Assembly (NCBI GenBank): GCA_025839675.1
Contig: CP104013.1
Coordinates: forward strand, 4,500,001-4,532,000
DNA length: 32,000 nucleotides
Direction of reading: 5' to 3'
Origin: Candidatus Lokiarchaeum ossiferum
GTDB taxonomy: Archaea > Asgardarchaeota > Lokiarchaeia > Sigyniarchaeales > Promethearchaeaceae
Shown here: one piece after another, positions 15,120 to 23,778 of the stretch
Position numbering within the stretch: the first letter of the stretch is position 1
Layout: each line of letters opens with the position of its first letter
Notes under the pieces: generated by a model
The model's input: the letters and a program-made list of their open reading frames with translations, nothing else
Told to the model about the DNA's origin: nothing
Database searches by the model: none
Translations under genes and position numbers: made by a program

Positions 15120-16199
15120 TTAAGTCTTCTTTTTTTGAATTGGAATGTAAAGATCTAATTCTGAATATTCCGAATCTCGTCGAAATCGCTGATCATACCA
15201 TTCAATAATTACTCCAAATGGGGTTTTTTCATACAGTGGCTTATCTGGGTGCCATTGTTCATTTATATAATCATAAGTTTGTTGGAGGTTGGCCATTGTC
15301 CCAACGTGAGTAAACACAGCATATTTTTGTTTAGGGATTGTTTCACTAATCATTCCTTTAGGTATTTTCTCAACGGTGGCAATTTCATTCCCAACAACAT
15401 AACGATTTTTCCCTACTTTCATGAGTTCTTCAGTCTCTATGTAAATTCCTAATCCATGGGATTGATCTCGATTCGGGATAAGGGGAGCGAATTGCTGAAA
15501 TTTTGCCCATACTTCACCTGGATTTCGGTCTTCAACTGTATCAATATCTTCAATTCCAATAATTTGGAACTCGTCTTTTTCGACAACAGTAGGGCCTCGT
15601 ATGCAAGTTTTAGGTCCAAGAAGTTTTTGAGTACAACGATATTGCTCTCCAATTTTATAGCATCTTCCTAAAATGTGACTCTCTGCTGTATTTCGATACA
15701 AATTCTCAAATCCGGATAAAAAAATCGGATTGACTTTCAGGAGATCAAATTTTTTTGTTCTGCTTTCCTCTTCATTGGCGTATACTTGACTTATTTCCCC
15801 AAAAAGTGCGATATCTTGGGCAAATTCTTTTGTGTCTAATAATTTGCACTCACATGTTATTGGACATTCCTCTATCATTGGTGCGGTCTCTAAGTCTCCA
15901 TAAAAGGTCGTAAATATTTTTGACTTATCATGCGATTTTCCAGAAACTAATCCACAATAGTCGGTTTCGATCACATTTTCTGCAGAAGGGATGTTGATGC
16001 TAAAAGTTCGATTCTTTTTAATACCTATTAAGGAATAATGGCTTTTATTCAAACTCACCATAAGTATTGGAGGCTTCATATTTACTGCACCAACACATCC
16101 GACTGTAAGAAAGTTTGGTTTTCCATTTACCATTGCACCAACTAATACTATTGGAACTACTGGTAAAGGTTGAAATCTTCCTATTTTTCTTTTGTTCAC
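15120..16199 (-). CDS. two-domain fusion: flavin-reductase-like FMN-binding split-barrel domain plus GyrI-like (AraC/MerR effector-binding type) domain
   Basis: 359 aa.
- N-terminal domain, about 150 aa: PLPVVPIVLVGAMVNGKPNFLTVGCVGAVNMKPPILMVSLNKSHYSLIGIKKNRTFSINIP...APMIEECPITCECKL. This is the flavin-reductase-domain pattern.
- C-terminal domain, about 160 aa: VVEKDEFQIIGIE...VWAKFQQF...IPKQKYAVFTHVGTMANLQQTYDYINEQW...IEWYD......ELDLYIPIQ. This is the GyrI-like/SbmC pattern. Confidence 0.8.
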   Translation of the reverse strand: MNKRKIGRFQPLPVVPIVLVGAMVNGKPNFLTVGCVGAVNMKPPILMVSLNKSHYSLIGIKKNRTFSINIPSAENVIETDYCGLVSGKSHDKSKIFTTFYGDLETAPMIEECPITCECKLLDTKEFAQDIALFGEISQVYANEEESRTKKFDLLKVNPIFLSGFENLYRNTAESHILGRCYKIGEQYRCTQKLLGPKTCIRGPTVVEKDEFQIIGIEDIDTVEDRNPGEVWAKFQQFAPLIPNRDQSHGLGIYIETEELMKVGKNRYVVGNEIATVEKIPKGMISETIPKQKYAVFTHVGTMANLQQTYDYINEQWHPDKPLYEKTPFGVIIEWYDQRFRRDSEYSELDLYIPIQKKKT

Positions 16200-16483
16200 T
16201 GATTTTCACCTTGAAATTTATTTAAAAATGGAAATGAATAAAATTGGGAAATATAAACCCGATCTATCTTCCCTAATATGTTACTTGTCCTTGTACTATA
16301 AGAATATTTTCTTTTAAAATAATTCTGAGTAATTAAATTGCTGTTATCCTTGCTAAGTAATATTTAATTTTATTGAAACTTGATTTGGGTAAATAATGAA
16401 TAATTTAAATTAGCTGATGCACATGCTACCATTTATCTTTTTTTTATGATCAACTTCAAAAAGCTGATTTTGTTTATTATGTC

Positions 16484-16975
16484 ATGGCTTATCATATGCA
16501 TCGGAAGGATAAAGAAATCACAGATGAATCAGAGTTATATCAAATTATTGATAGAGGCAAATTTTTGACTCTCGCATTGGCTAAAGAGAACCAACCTTAT
16601 CTCGTATCGTTAAACTATGGCTTTGATAGGGAAAACAATTGTTTTTTAGTTCATTGTGCCAAAAGAGGAAAGAAAATTGAATTCCTACAATCAAATTCGC
16701 ATGTTTGGGGCCAAATTGTCGAAGATAATGGATATCTTGAGGGGGAATGTGATCACGCTTTTACTACTTTACATTTTGAAGGAAAATTTGAATTTCAAGA
16801 AGATATCGAAATCAAACGCAAAGCCCTTATCATGATGATTGAGAGATTTGAATCCGATCCTGAACCTATAAAAAAACGCAACATTAAAGAAAAAATGCTT
16901 CAAAATGTGATGATCGGGAAAATTAAGATAAAAAATATGTTTGGGAAGCAATCCCCTGCGAAAAAAAGAAACTAA
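16484..16975 (+). CDS. pyridoxamine-5'-phosphate-oxidase-family FMN-binding protein (COG3467 / Nim-like)
   Basis: 163 aa. MHRKDKEITDESELYQIIDRGKFLTLALAKENQPYLVSLNYGFD matches the family N-terminus (MRRkDReI.d.eei..il....v..la.....PYvvPlnf). The second in-frame ATG at 16496 (MHRKDKEI) may be the true start. Confidence 0.8.
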   Translation: MAYHMHRKDKEITDESELYQIIDRGKFLTLALAKENQPYLVSLNYGFDRENNCFLVHCAKRGKKIEFLQSNSHVWGQIVEDNGYLEGECDHAFTTLHFEGKFEFQEDIEIKRKALIMMIERFESDPEPIKKRNIKEKMLQNVMIGKIKIKNMFGKQSPAKKRN

Positions 16976-16984
16976 GTAAATATT

Positions 16985-18022
16985 TTATTGATATTTTTTT
17001 ACTAATTCTTCTGGGGTAAAGACTCCATCTTCCGTAATTATTGCGGTAATTAATTCCATTGGAGTTCCATCAAAAGCGTAATTAATACATTCGACACCTT
17101 CAGGTACAATTGGCGTTTTAATGCGACCCATTATCTGTCCGACTTCGAACTGGCCATCACGTTGTTCAATAATCACATCTTTTTCTGTCTCATTCATGGA
17201 TAGAGTACTTCGAGGTGCTACCACATACATTGGGATATTATGATATTTCGCAGCCATGGCTACCATATATGTGCCAATTTTATTAAACACTGTATCACGA
17301 ACAATCCGATCTGCACCCACAATTACTTTTTGAATTTTTCCGAGGCGCATCATTAAACCTGCTGCATTATCGGATTCGACTTTGACGGGGATTTTATCGT
17401 ATTGAAGTTCCCATGCGGTTAATCGGGCACCTTGTAAACGGGGGCGTGTTTCATCGGCTATTACTTGAATCTTTTTTCCTTCTTCCTCAATAGCCCATCG
17501 AATTGGTGCTAAAGCCGTACCATAGAGAACAGTGGCTAAAGACCCCGCATTACAATGAGTCAAGACAGTATCACCTTCTTCCAATAAACTCGCCCCGTGC
17601 ATTCCCATCTTTCGATTGGTGTCAATATCTTCTTGCCACATCGTTTGAGCTTCTTTTATGATAATCTCGGAAATTTTGACAACATCTTGTCCTGATCTCT
17701 GAATCAATTTTTGAATGCGATCCACTGCCCAAAACAGATTAACTGCCGTCGGACGTGTTGCTGTTATTATTTTTGCTGCATGATTCATTTGCTGGACAAA
17801 ATCGTTATATGGAAGCTTTTGAAATTCAATTGTTGCCAAAGCCATTCCCATCGCGGCTGCGACTCCAATAGCTGGGGCCCCACGGATATTCATCACTTTT
17901 ATCGAAGTTGCGACTTCTTGGAAGGTAGTAAATTCTAAAAAAACTAATTTTCCAGGTAACTGGGTTTGATCAATCATTTTTACGATATTTTTTTCTGCAA
18001 TCCATTCAATTGAGGGAATCAT
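16985..18022 (-). CDS. mtnA: S-methyl-5-thioribose-1-phosphate isomerase (eIF-2B alpha/beta/delta-like family)
   Basis: 345 aa. VKMIDQTQLPGKLVFLEF...ATSIKVMNIRGAPAIGVAAAMGMALA is the MtnA-type N-terminus. Other family motifs are THCNAGSLAT, ADETRPRLQGARLTAWEL and VGADRIV...NKIGTY. Confidence 0.9.
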   Translation of the reverse strand: MIPSIEWIAEKNIVKMIDQTQLPGKLVFLEFTTFQEVATSIKVMNIRGAPAIGVAAAMGMALATIEFQKLPYNDFVQQMNHAAKIITATRPTAVNLFWAVDRIQKLIQRSGQDVVKISEIIIKEAQTMWQEDIDTNRKMGMHGASLLEEGDTVLTHCNAGSLATVLYGTALAPIRWAIEEEGKKIQVIADETRPRLQGARLTAWELQYDKIPVKVESDNAAGLMMRLGKIQKVIVGADRIVRDTVFNKIGTYMVAMAAKYHNIPMYVVAPRSTLSMNETEKDVIIEQRDGQFEVGQIMGRIKTPIVPEGVECINYAFDGTPMELITAIITEDGVFTPEELVKKYQ

Positions 18023-18038
18023 AAGAGTGACAATCTTC

Positions 18039-18052
18039 TTTTGTTAAAAGAA
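18039..18052. promoter_or_regulatory. single central A/T box (ttttgttaaaagaa) in the 53-bp mtnA/pgi divergent spacer; candidate shared or back-to-back TATA element
   Basis: The box centre (about 18047) lies 25 nt from the mtnA ATG (18022, minus strand) and 29 nt from the pgi ATG (18076). Neither gene has an SD-like sequence. The spacing fits archaeal TATA boxes at about -26 with leaderless mRNAs. Confidence 0.3.
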
Positions 18053-18075
18053 CTTACTTACATTGTAGAAAAAAA

Positions 18076-19695
18076 ATGAGATCAAAACTTACCGAAATGC
18101 CCGAATGGCACAACTTGCAAGCACATTTTGCTCAGATAAAAGATATACATTTGAAAGAGTTATTTCAAAAAGATCCTGAGAGAGCGAGTGCATTTACTAT
18201 TACCGATGAAGATATCTATTTTGATTATTCAAAAAATAGAATAACTAAAGAAACAATGGATTTGTTGATGCACTTAGCTGAGAAATGCAATCTCAAAATG
18301 GAAATTGAACGCATGTTTACAGGGGAAAAAATTAATGTGACGGAAGATCGTCCGGTTTTGCATGTTGCGCTGCGCAATACTGCTTCAACTCCGATCTTTG
18401 TGGATGGGCAAGATGTAATGCCCGCTGTGAATGCTGTTTTGAATAAAATGTATGATTTTGCAGATCGAATTCGTTCTGGAGAGTGGAAGGGTCATACTGG
18501 AAAGCAAATAAAGAATATTATTAATATTGGAATTGGGGGTTCGGATTTAGGTCCTCATATGATTTATGAAGCACTCAAACCTTATTCTTCCCGAAAAATG
18601 CGATTTTTCTTTGTTTCAAATGTTGATGGGACTCATATCGCAGAAGTATTCAACCAAATAGATCCAGAAGAAAGTTTATTCATTATTGCTTCGAAAACTT
18701 TTACAACCCAGGAGACAATGACCAATGCGCGTTCTGCAAAAAATTGGTTACTTTCCTCTCTGCATGATCCAAGCGCTGTTGCGAAACATTTTGTTGCTTT
18801 ATCTACGAATTCTAAGGGTGTTCAAGACTTTGGAATTGATCCTATAAATATGTTTGAATTTTGGGATTGGGTTGGGGGAAGATATTCGGTTACCTCAGCG
18901 ATTGGTTTATCCGTACTCTTAGCGATCGGGAAGGAAAATCACCATGAATTATTGAAGGGTTTTCACGCCATGGATCAACACTTTCGTTCGGCTCCTTTCC
19001 AGCAAAATATTCCCGTGATCATGGCGTTGTTAGGTATTTGGTATAATAATTTCTTTGAAGCTGAAACTCAAGCCATTTTACCCTATGATCAATATATGCA
19101 TTTGTTTGCGACTTATTTTCAGCAGGGGGATATGGAATCGAATGGAAAATACATCACAAAATCAGGAGAACGCGTTAATTATCAGACTGGACCGATAATT
19201 TGGGGTGAACCTGGAACTAATGGCCAACATGCGTTCTACCAATTAATTCATCAAGGTACAAAACTGATTCCTTGTGATTTCATTGGGTTTGCGCAATCTC
19301 ATAACCCCCTAGGGGATCACCATATCAAATTGATGTCCAACTTCTTTGCTCAACCGGAAGCTCTGGCTTTTGGTAAGTCTACTATGGAATTACGTAGGGA
19401 AGGTGTTCCTGAATCGATTTTACCTCATAAGGTATTTGAAGGAAATCGACCCTCCACCTCTATCTTGGCTCAAAAATTAACTCCACAGGTATTAGGGAAA
19501 CTTATCGCGATGTACGAGCATAAAATCTTTGTGCAAGGGGTGATTTGGGACATTTATTCTTTTGATCAATGGGGAGTGCAATTAGGAAAAGTTCTCGCAA
19601 ATAAGATCATTCCGGAGTTAATATCATCTGAAGATTTACAACATGATTCATCTACAAGTGCTTTGATAAAATATTTTCGGTTAAATTCCAAGTGA
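18076..19695 (+). CDS. pgi: glucose-6-phosphate isomerase (long bacterial/eukaryotic type)
   Basis: 539 aa. Motifs are [14 protein letters not shown] signature 1 ([14 protein letters not shown]) and signature 2 ([18 protein letters not shown]), plus MESNGK. Confidence 0.95.
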   Translation: MRSKLTEMPEWHNLQAHFAQIKDIHLKELFQKDPERASAFTITDEDIYFDYSKNRITKETMDLLMHLAEKCNLKMEIERMFTGEKINVTEDRPVLHVALRNTASTPIFVDGQDVMPAVNAVLNKMYDFADRIRSGEWKGHTGKQIKNIINIGIGGSDLGPHMIYEALKPYSSRKMRFFFVSNVDGTHIAEVFNQIDPEESLFIIASKTFTTQETMTNARSAKNWLLSSLHDPSAVAKHFVALSTNSKGVQDFGIDPINMFEFWDWVGGRYSVTSAIGLSVLLAIGKENHHELLKGFHAMDQHFRSAPFQQNIPVIMALLGIWYNNFFEAETQAILPYDQYMHLFATYFQQGDMESNGKYITKSGERVNYQTGPIIWGEPGTNGQHAFYQLIHQGTKLIPCDFIGFAQSHNPLGDHHIKLMSNFFAQPEALAFGKSTMELRREGVPESILPHKVFEGNRPSTSILAQKLTPQVLGKLIAMYEHKIFVQGVIWDIYSFDQWGVQLGKVLANKIIPELISSEDLQHDSSTSALIKYFRLNSK

Positions 19696-19724
19696 TTTAA
19701 GCTATGTTGGAAGAGCCACTGATG

Positions 19725-19741
19725 TTTTTTTTTTCATTTTT
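19725..19741 (+). terminator. T10 plus T5 tract after pgi
   Basis: gatgTTTTTTTTTTcaTTTTTg lies 30 nt after the pgi stop, with no convincing GC hairpin upstream. Confidence 0.4.
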
Positions 19742-19994
19742 GTAATAAAACGATTTGTATTTTCCCAAATACAAGAGAAATGAGAAATTTTCTAAGAAAA
19801 ATTGGATTTTATTCCAACATGTGAACTATATACAATATGTTCCACGATTGATCTTAGATCTGAAGAAACAAATAATCGATGGTTGAAAATCAACCATAAC
19901 ATCGTAGTTTATTTAATCTTCGGCTAACATATTAAATTATACAATTTTATGGATAGCGACTTATATTTAAAGAAATCGACAAAAAGGGTACACT

Positions 19995-20369
19995 ATGGAC
20001 GAAACACAAATCAAGCTCCTCACTATGCGGCAGTTTCTCTTTCTCAATTGGCTTTATCATCGAAAAAAATTCAAGTATCCATGTGATCTTTCTTACACCG
20101 ATATTGATTGCTTCAATTGTCTAAATCACAATAAAATTTGTGACCAAGGATGTATGCCTGCGAGTTATTTCTATAAGAAAATCAATCGTCAATATTTTGA
20201 TTGTAAACGCGTTTTAGATTCATTAAAAGAATTGAATTTGATTGAAGAAAAAACTCATCCTGGAAAGGATTTTCACCTATTTTATGAAATTACCACAGAT
20301 GGGCAAGATTTTTATGAAAATTTTGAAGCCTATTACAATCTATCATGTCGTTTCAACAATCAACACTAA
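19995..20369 (+). CDS. Cys-rich small protein with a winged-helix-like C-terminal half
   Basis: 124-aa ATG ORF preceded by about 300 nt of non-coding DNA. It has a cysteine cluster C-x8-C-x2-C-x6-C-x3-C (PCDLSYTDIDCFNCLNHNKICDQGC). This is followed by VLDSLKELNLIEEKTHPGKDFHLFYEITTDGQDFYE, which reads like a MarR/PadR-style recognition helix plus wing. The fold call is tentative. Confidence 0.55.
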   Translation: MDETQIKLLTMRQFLFLNWLYHRKKFKYPCDLSYTDIDCFNCLNHNKICDQGCMPASYFYKKINRQYFDCKRVLDSLKELNLIEEKTHPGKDFHLFYEITTDGQDFYENFEAYYNLSCRFNNQH

Positions 20370-20372
20370 ATT

Positions 20373-21557
20373 TTATTCTGTTTTTTTAGAATTGGAATCT
20401 GTTTCCCAATCATGAAAATTTTGCATTAAATTATCAATTTCTTGCTGAAAGTGTTGAAATTCAATACCTTTTGTGTTTGGATCAAATTTTGCGTGAATAA
20501 TTTTATCGGAAATAAATTTCTTTACAATTTTCTCAATTTTTTCTTCAGACAGGCTTGTTTTTTGCATTAGTTCGGAAATATGAATTCGAGTAATGTGGAG
20601 CTGTGCAAAAGTAAGTAATTCAGAAAGAATTATTTGTTCATTCCTTACATTCTGTTCTAGGTCATGGATTTTGTCGGAAATATGAGAAAATTTCCAATTT
20701 GATGCTAATGTGGTGATTTTTTGCAGTAAATGATAACTTGTATTATATTCTGCGATCCGAAGTAAATTTGTGATTTGAATAATAGTATCAGAAATAGTAC
20801 TTAGCGCTTTTCGCCGTTCATCTTTTAATTTACGAGTTATGCTTAAATATTCATAGTTTATATGGTTAAAAAGTTCCATAGAAAGATCTAATTTATCAAT
20901 AAACTTTTGCCTATCCTTTAATTGGGTTATTGCATGATCAAATTCTTTCCTTTTGATTAAATCCTTTATTTGATTTAAATCTTCTACCAATTCAATGTAC
21001 GTTTGGCAAACCATTAATCGCTGTTCAATTTCATCCATATTCTTTAAAAAACGTAATTGAGATAGGGTTAGGGTTATTATTGATTTTGCTTCTTGAAATT
21101 TACCATCCTCAATCAATCGATTAATTTTGCCAAACTGAGTTTGAATTGATTTTTCAGAAACTTTGTTATTGATTGTTGAGATTTCAACAGGATAATTTTG
21201 ATTTTTATTCCTTTTTTCCATAAAGGAATGAATTTTTCCATTATTGGATATATTCGAGATTGCTTTGTGAATTGAAGTCTCTTGTTCTTGGAGAGTTGAT
21301 TTTCGATCTTGATCTTTGCCATTTTGAATTTTGGTAAAAAAGTCGATTAACGTGTGATAATAAATCTCCTTGTATTGAAACTCAGTATTTTTCGATAAAA
21401 TGGCTGTTTTTAGTATATCCAAGATGCTTTGTGGAAATTTTATTAAATAATTGCGAAATTTTCTTATAAAAAATGCAGGGGATACTGAAATATTGCAGGA
21501 AAGTGTTCCTCGTAAAATAGTCACTGTTCCTATTCCTACTACATTGAATGTTGTCAT
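20373..21557 (-). CDS. helical-repeat protein with a PCI/PINT-like winged-helix C-terminus (unknown function)
   Basis: The track ORF is 20373..21647 (424 aa) and overlaps the ATPase 3' end by 68 nt. ATG 21557 (MTTFNVVG...) lies 22 nt after the ATPase stop and is preceded by AAAGGAAGGAAG, so I prefer it. ATG 21605 and 21647 are alternatives. TPR-like hairpins are present (IEDGKFQEAKSII, IKRKEFDHAITQL, LRIAEYNTSYHLL). The C-terminus is ISELMQKTSLSEEKIEKIVKKFISDKIIHAKFDPNTKGIEF. Confidence 0.65.
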   Translation of the reverse strand: MTTFNVVGIGTVTILRGTLSCNISVSPAFFIRKFRNYLIKFPQSILDILKTAILSKNTEFQYKEIYYHTLIDFFTKIQNGKDQDRKSTLQEQETSIHKAISNISNNGKIHSFMEKRNKNQNYPVEISTINNKVSEKSIQTQFGKINRLIEDGKFQEAKSIITLTLSQLRFLKNMDEIEQRLMVCQTYIELVEDLNQIKDLIKRKEFDHAITQLKDRQKFIDKLDLSMELFNHINYEYLSITRKLKDERRKALSTISDTIIQITNLLRIAEYNTSYHLLQKITTLASNWKFSHISDKIHDLEQNVRNEQIILSELLTFAQLHITRIHISELMQKTSLSEEKIEKIVKKFISDKIIHAKFDPNTKGIEFQHFQQEIDNLMQNFHDWETDSNSKKTE

Positions 21558-21579
21558 GAAAATCTTCCTTCCTTTATTG

Positions 21580-22602
21580 CTATTTATAATCGTTAAAGAT
21601 TTCATTAAAATATGTCTCCAATATTTCAGGAGATATTGATTCATCAAATCTTTTCACTCGATGATTAAATACTAGATTGGATGCTTCCCAAAGATCTTCT
21701 TTGGAGATTTCTGTTCGTTGTTTAAATGCAGCATGGGCTCTTGCACATCTAATAAATGTAATATCTGCTCTTTGTGAATATAAGCCTAGTTTTAAAATTA
21801 ATATTGCGACTTGAGCGTATAATTCCTCAGGAATGATAACCTCTGCGATTTTTTTTTTAGCACTTTGAATTTGTTGTTTCAATTTTTCTTGGGGGATTGA
21901 GTACTTTTGGATAAATTTTTCTGGTTGATCCTCAAATTCCAAAACGCGAATAGATATTTCTGCACGAAGTTGCGGATCGGTGGGGGCTTTTATTTGAACT
22001 TCTAAGCCTAGACGATCGGAAATTTGAGGTCGTAACTCCCCTTCCTCTGGGTTCATAGAACCAACCAAAATAAATGCAGATGGATGTTCTAAAGAAACAC
22101 CTTCACGTTCAATAATATTAATTCGTGAAGCTGATACATCAAGGAGAATGTCCACAAGATGATCCGGGAGCAAGTTAATTTCATCGACATACAAAATACC
22201 TCGGTTCGCCTTGGCTAGTAATCCAGGTTGGATGGCTCGTTTCCCTTCACGGATTATTTTTTCTATATCTAATGAGCCTATTACCATCTCTTCAGTGGCA
22301 CCCAAGGGAAGATTCACAAGATTGATTGGTTTTCTTAATTTTTGTGGGTTTTGGTCTCTACAAAAATCACACCAATTATCGGAAGGATCATCAGTCAAAT
22401 TGCATTGAAATTGACAGCCCTTATGAACTTCTATTTCTGGTAATATATCGATCATAGATCGAACCGCAGTACTCTTTCCTGTTCCCTGTTGCCCTGTAAG
22501 TAAAACGCCTCCTATTTTTGGATCGATGATATTTAGGATTAGCGCTTTTTTCATTTGTTCTTGACCACAAATTGCTGTAAAAGGAAAATTGTAGTATTTC
22601 AT
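21580..22602 (-). CDS. ChlI/BchI-type (Mg-chelatase subunit I family) AAA+ ATPase
   Basis: 340 aa.
- The N-terminus FPFTAICGQEQMKKALILNIIDPKIGGVLLTGQQGTGKST combines the family N-terminus with Walker A.
- Walker B is GILYVDEINLLPDHLVDILLD.
- Other family motifs are VGSMNPEEGELRPQISDRLGL and the C-terminal helical bundle.
- It has a Cys insertion, C-x3-C-x10-C-x2-C (GCQFQCNLTDDPSDNWCDFC). Confidence 0.9.
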   Translation of the reverse strand: MKYYNFPFTAICGQEQMKKALILNIIDPKIGGVLLTGQQGTGKSTAVRSMIDILPEIEVHKGCQFQCNLTDDPSDNWCDFCRDQNPQKLRKPINLVNLPLGATEEMVIGSLDIEKIIREGKRAIQPGLLAKANRGILYVDEINLLPDHLVDILLDVSASRINIIEREGVSLEHPSAFILVGSMNPEEGELRPQISDRLGLEVQIKAPTDPQLRAEISIRVLEFEDQPEKFIQKYSIPQEKLKQQIQSAKKKIAEVIIPEELYAQVAILILKLGLYSQRADITFIRCARAHAAFKQRTEISKEDLWEASNLVFNHRVKRFDESISPEILETYFNEIFNDYK

Positions 22603-22684
22603 TTTTTGAACCAGTAATTGCTTTATATCACAATAATATAAAATGGAGTGAAAAAAGAAGTTGATCCTTGATTTTTTTTGAAAG

Positions 22685-23662
22685 TTATTGATTCTTTTCT
22701 TCCAATTTTTTTAATAACTTTAATTTTCTTCTCGATTGGAGAATGATAATTGATAAGCTGGAGCTAGCAAGTACCATTATAATAAAAATATTCATTCCGT
22801 TAATTGATTTCCCTGCAGTTGAGTCGTTAATTTGATTCCAATTTCCTTTTATTTCTGAAATACTGCCATTTAAATTCATAAAACTTAAATTTTCTATAAC
22901 TGTACGCGAAGCAACATCTTGTAAGTACATCGCGTCTTCTTCTTCCAATTCATCATGAAATGAATTACCTGTACAATTTTCTTGAAAAATCGATGAGTAA
23001 ATTACACAATTCATCAAATATGTGCCATTCAATGATGGGTGATTCCAATCACTTAGATGTAAATAGTGAAGCGGATGGTTTTTTTCATTAATTGCGGTAT
23101 TCCATGCAATTCCAACAGGGGCAGTAGTAAATCCAATTTTCCCAGAAAGTTTAATTGTTTGACTATTTATTTTAAGTTGCATTTCTTCATAATTATCATC
23201 CCAACCCGCTTTCCAAGTCATTCCATCTTCAAATGCCCAAGGTAAACAAAATATTATTCTCGTGGATGGATTATTAAGCAGTATTTTTTCTCTCAATATA
23301 CTTAATGCTTCATCAACTGGTTTATTTGTATAATTTTGGGGATAGGCCGTTAGTGCTCCAATTCCTTGTAAAATTACGATATTCCATTTTTTTTCTTTTA
23401 TTTTGGTTGCGGTGGATTCGCTGAATGCATGATCATATAAGTATGTTCCCAAAGGATCAATTGTGCTAATTGAAACATTTTTTCCCGCCTCTTTTGCGAA
23501 GTTATCAAATAATCTAGGCAGATTATTATACGCGAAATAGCTACTTCCGATAAAAAGGATTTTTATAGGCTCATTTTCTTGGGAACTTGCAGTATTTATT
23601 GTTGGAGCTAATAAAATAAATTGAATAAAAAAGAATATGACTATTTTTTTTCCTGATAGCAT
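22685..23662 (-). CDS. exported SGNH/GDSL-like hydrolase (DUF4886-like) with C-terminal TM anchor
   Basis: 325 aa.
- Signal-peptide-like N-terminus: MLSGKKIVIFFFIQFILLAPTINTASS.
- Block I-like ILFIGSSYF.
- WNIVILQG.
- Block V-like SDWNHPS (DxxH) followed by GTYLMNCVIYSSIF.
- The C-terminus NIFIIMVLASSSLSIIILQSRRKLKLLKK is a TM helix with a basic tail. Confidence 0.7.
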   Translation of the reverse strand: MLSGKKIVIFFFIQFILLAPTINTASSQENEPIKILFIGSSYFAYNNLPRLFDNFAKEAGKNVSISTIDPLGTYLYDHAFSESTATKIKEKKWNIVILQGIGALTAYPQNYTNKPVDEALSILREKILLNNPSTRIIFCLPWAFEDGMTWKAGWDDNYEEMQLKINSQTIKLSGKIGFTTAPVGIAWNTAINEKNHPLHYLHLSDWNHPSLNGTYLMNCVIYSSIFQENCTGNSFHDELEEEDAMYLQDVASRTVIENLSFMNLNGSISEIKGNWNQINDSTAGKSINGMNIFIIMVLASSSLSIIILQSRRKLKLLKKLEEKNQ

Positions 23663-23778
23663 TTTTCAAATAACCCTTTAGAATGATTAATTATGTAATG
23701 CTTGAGTTCTTTTAAGGAATAATGTTCAAATAAAGGATTTTGTTCAATAAAAAATGAATAATTCCAGTCTAGATTTTT

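Noticed and set aside
21580-21647. 68-nt overlap between the ChlI-like ATPase and the downstream ORF, considered as a programmed frameshift or fusion site
   Set aside because: I noticed no slippery heptamer. An in-frame ATG at 21557, with a purine-rich element upstream, explains the downstream gene without any overlap.
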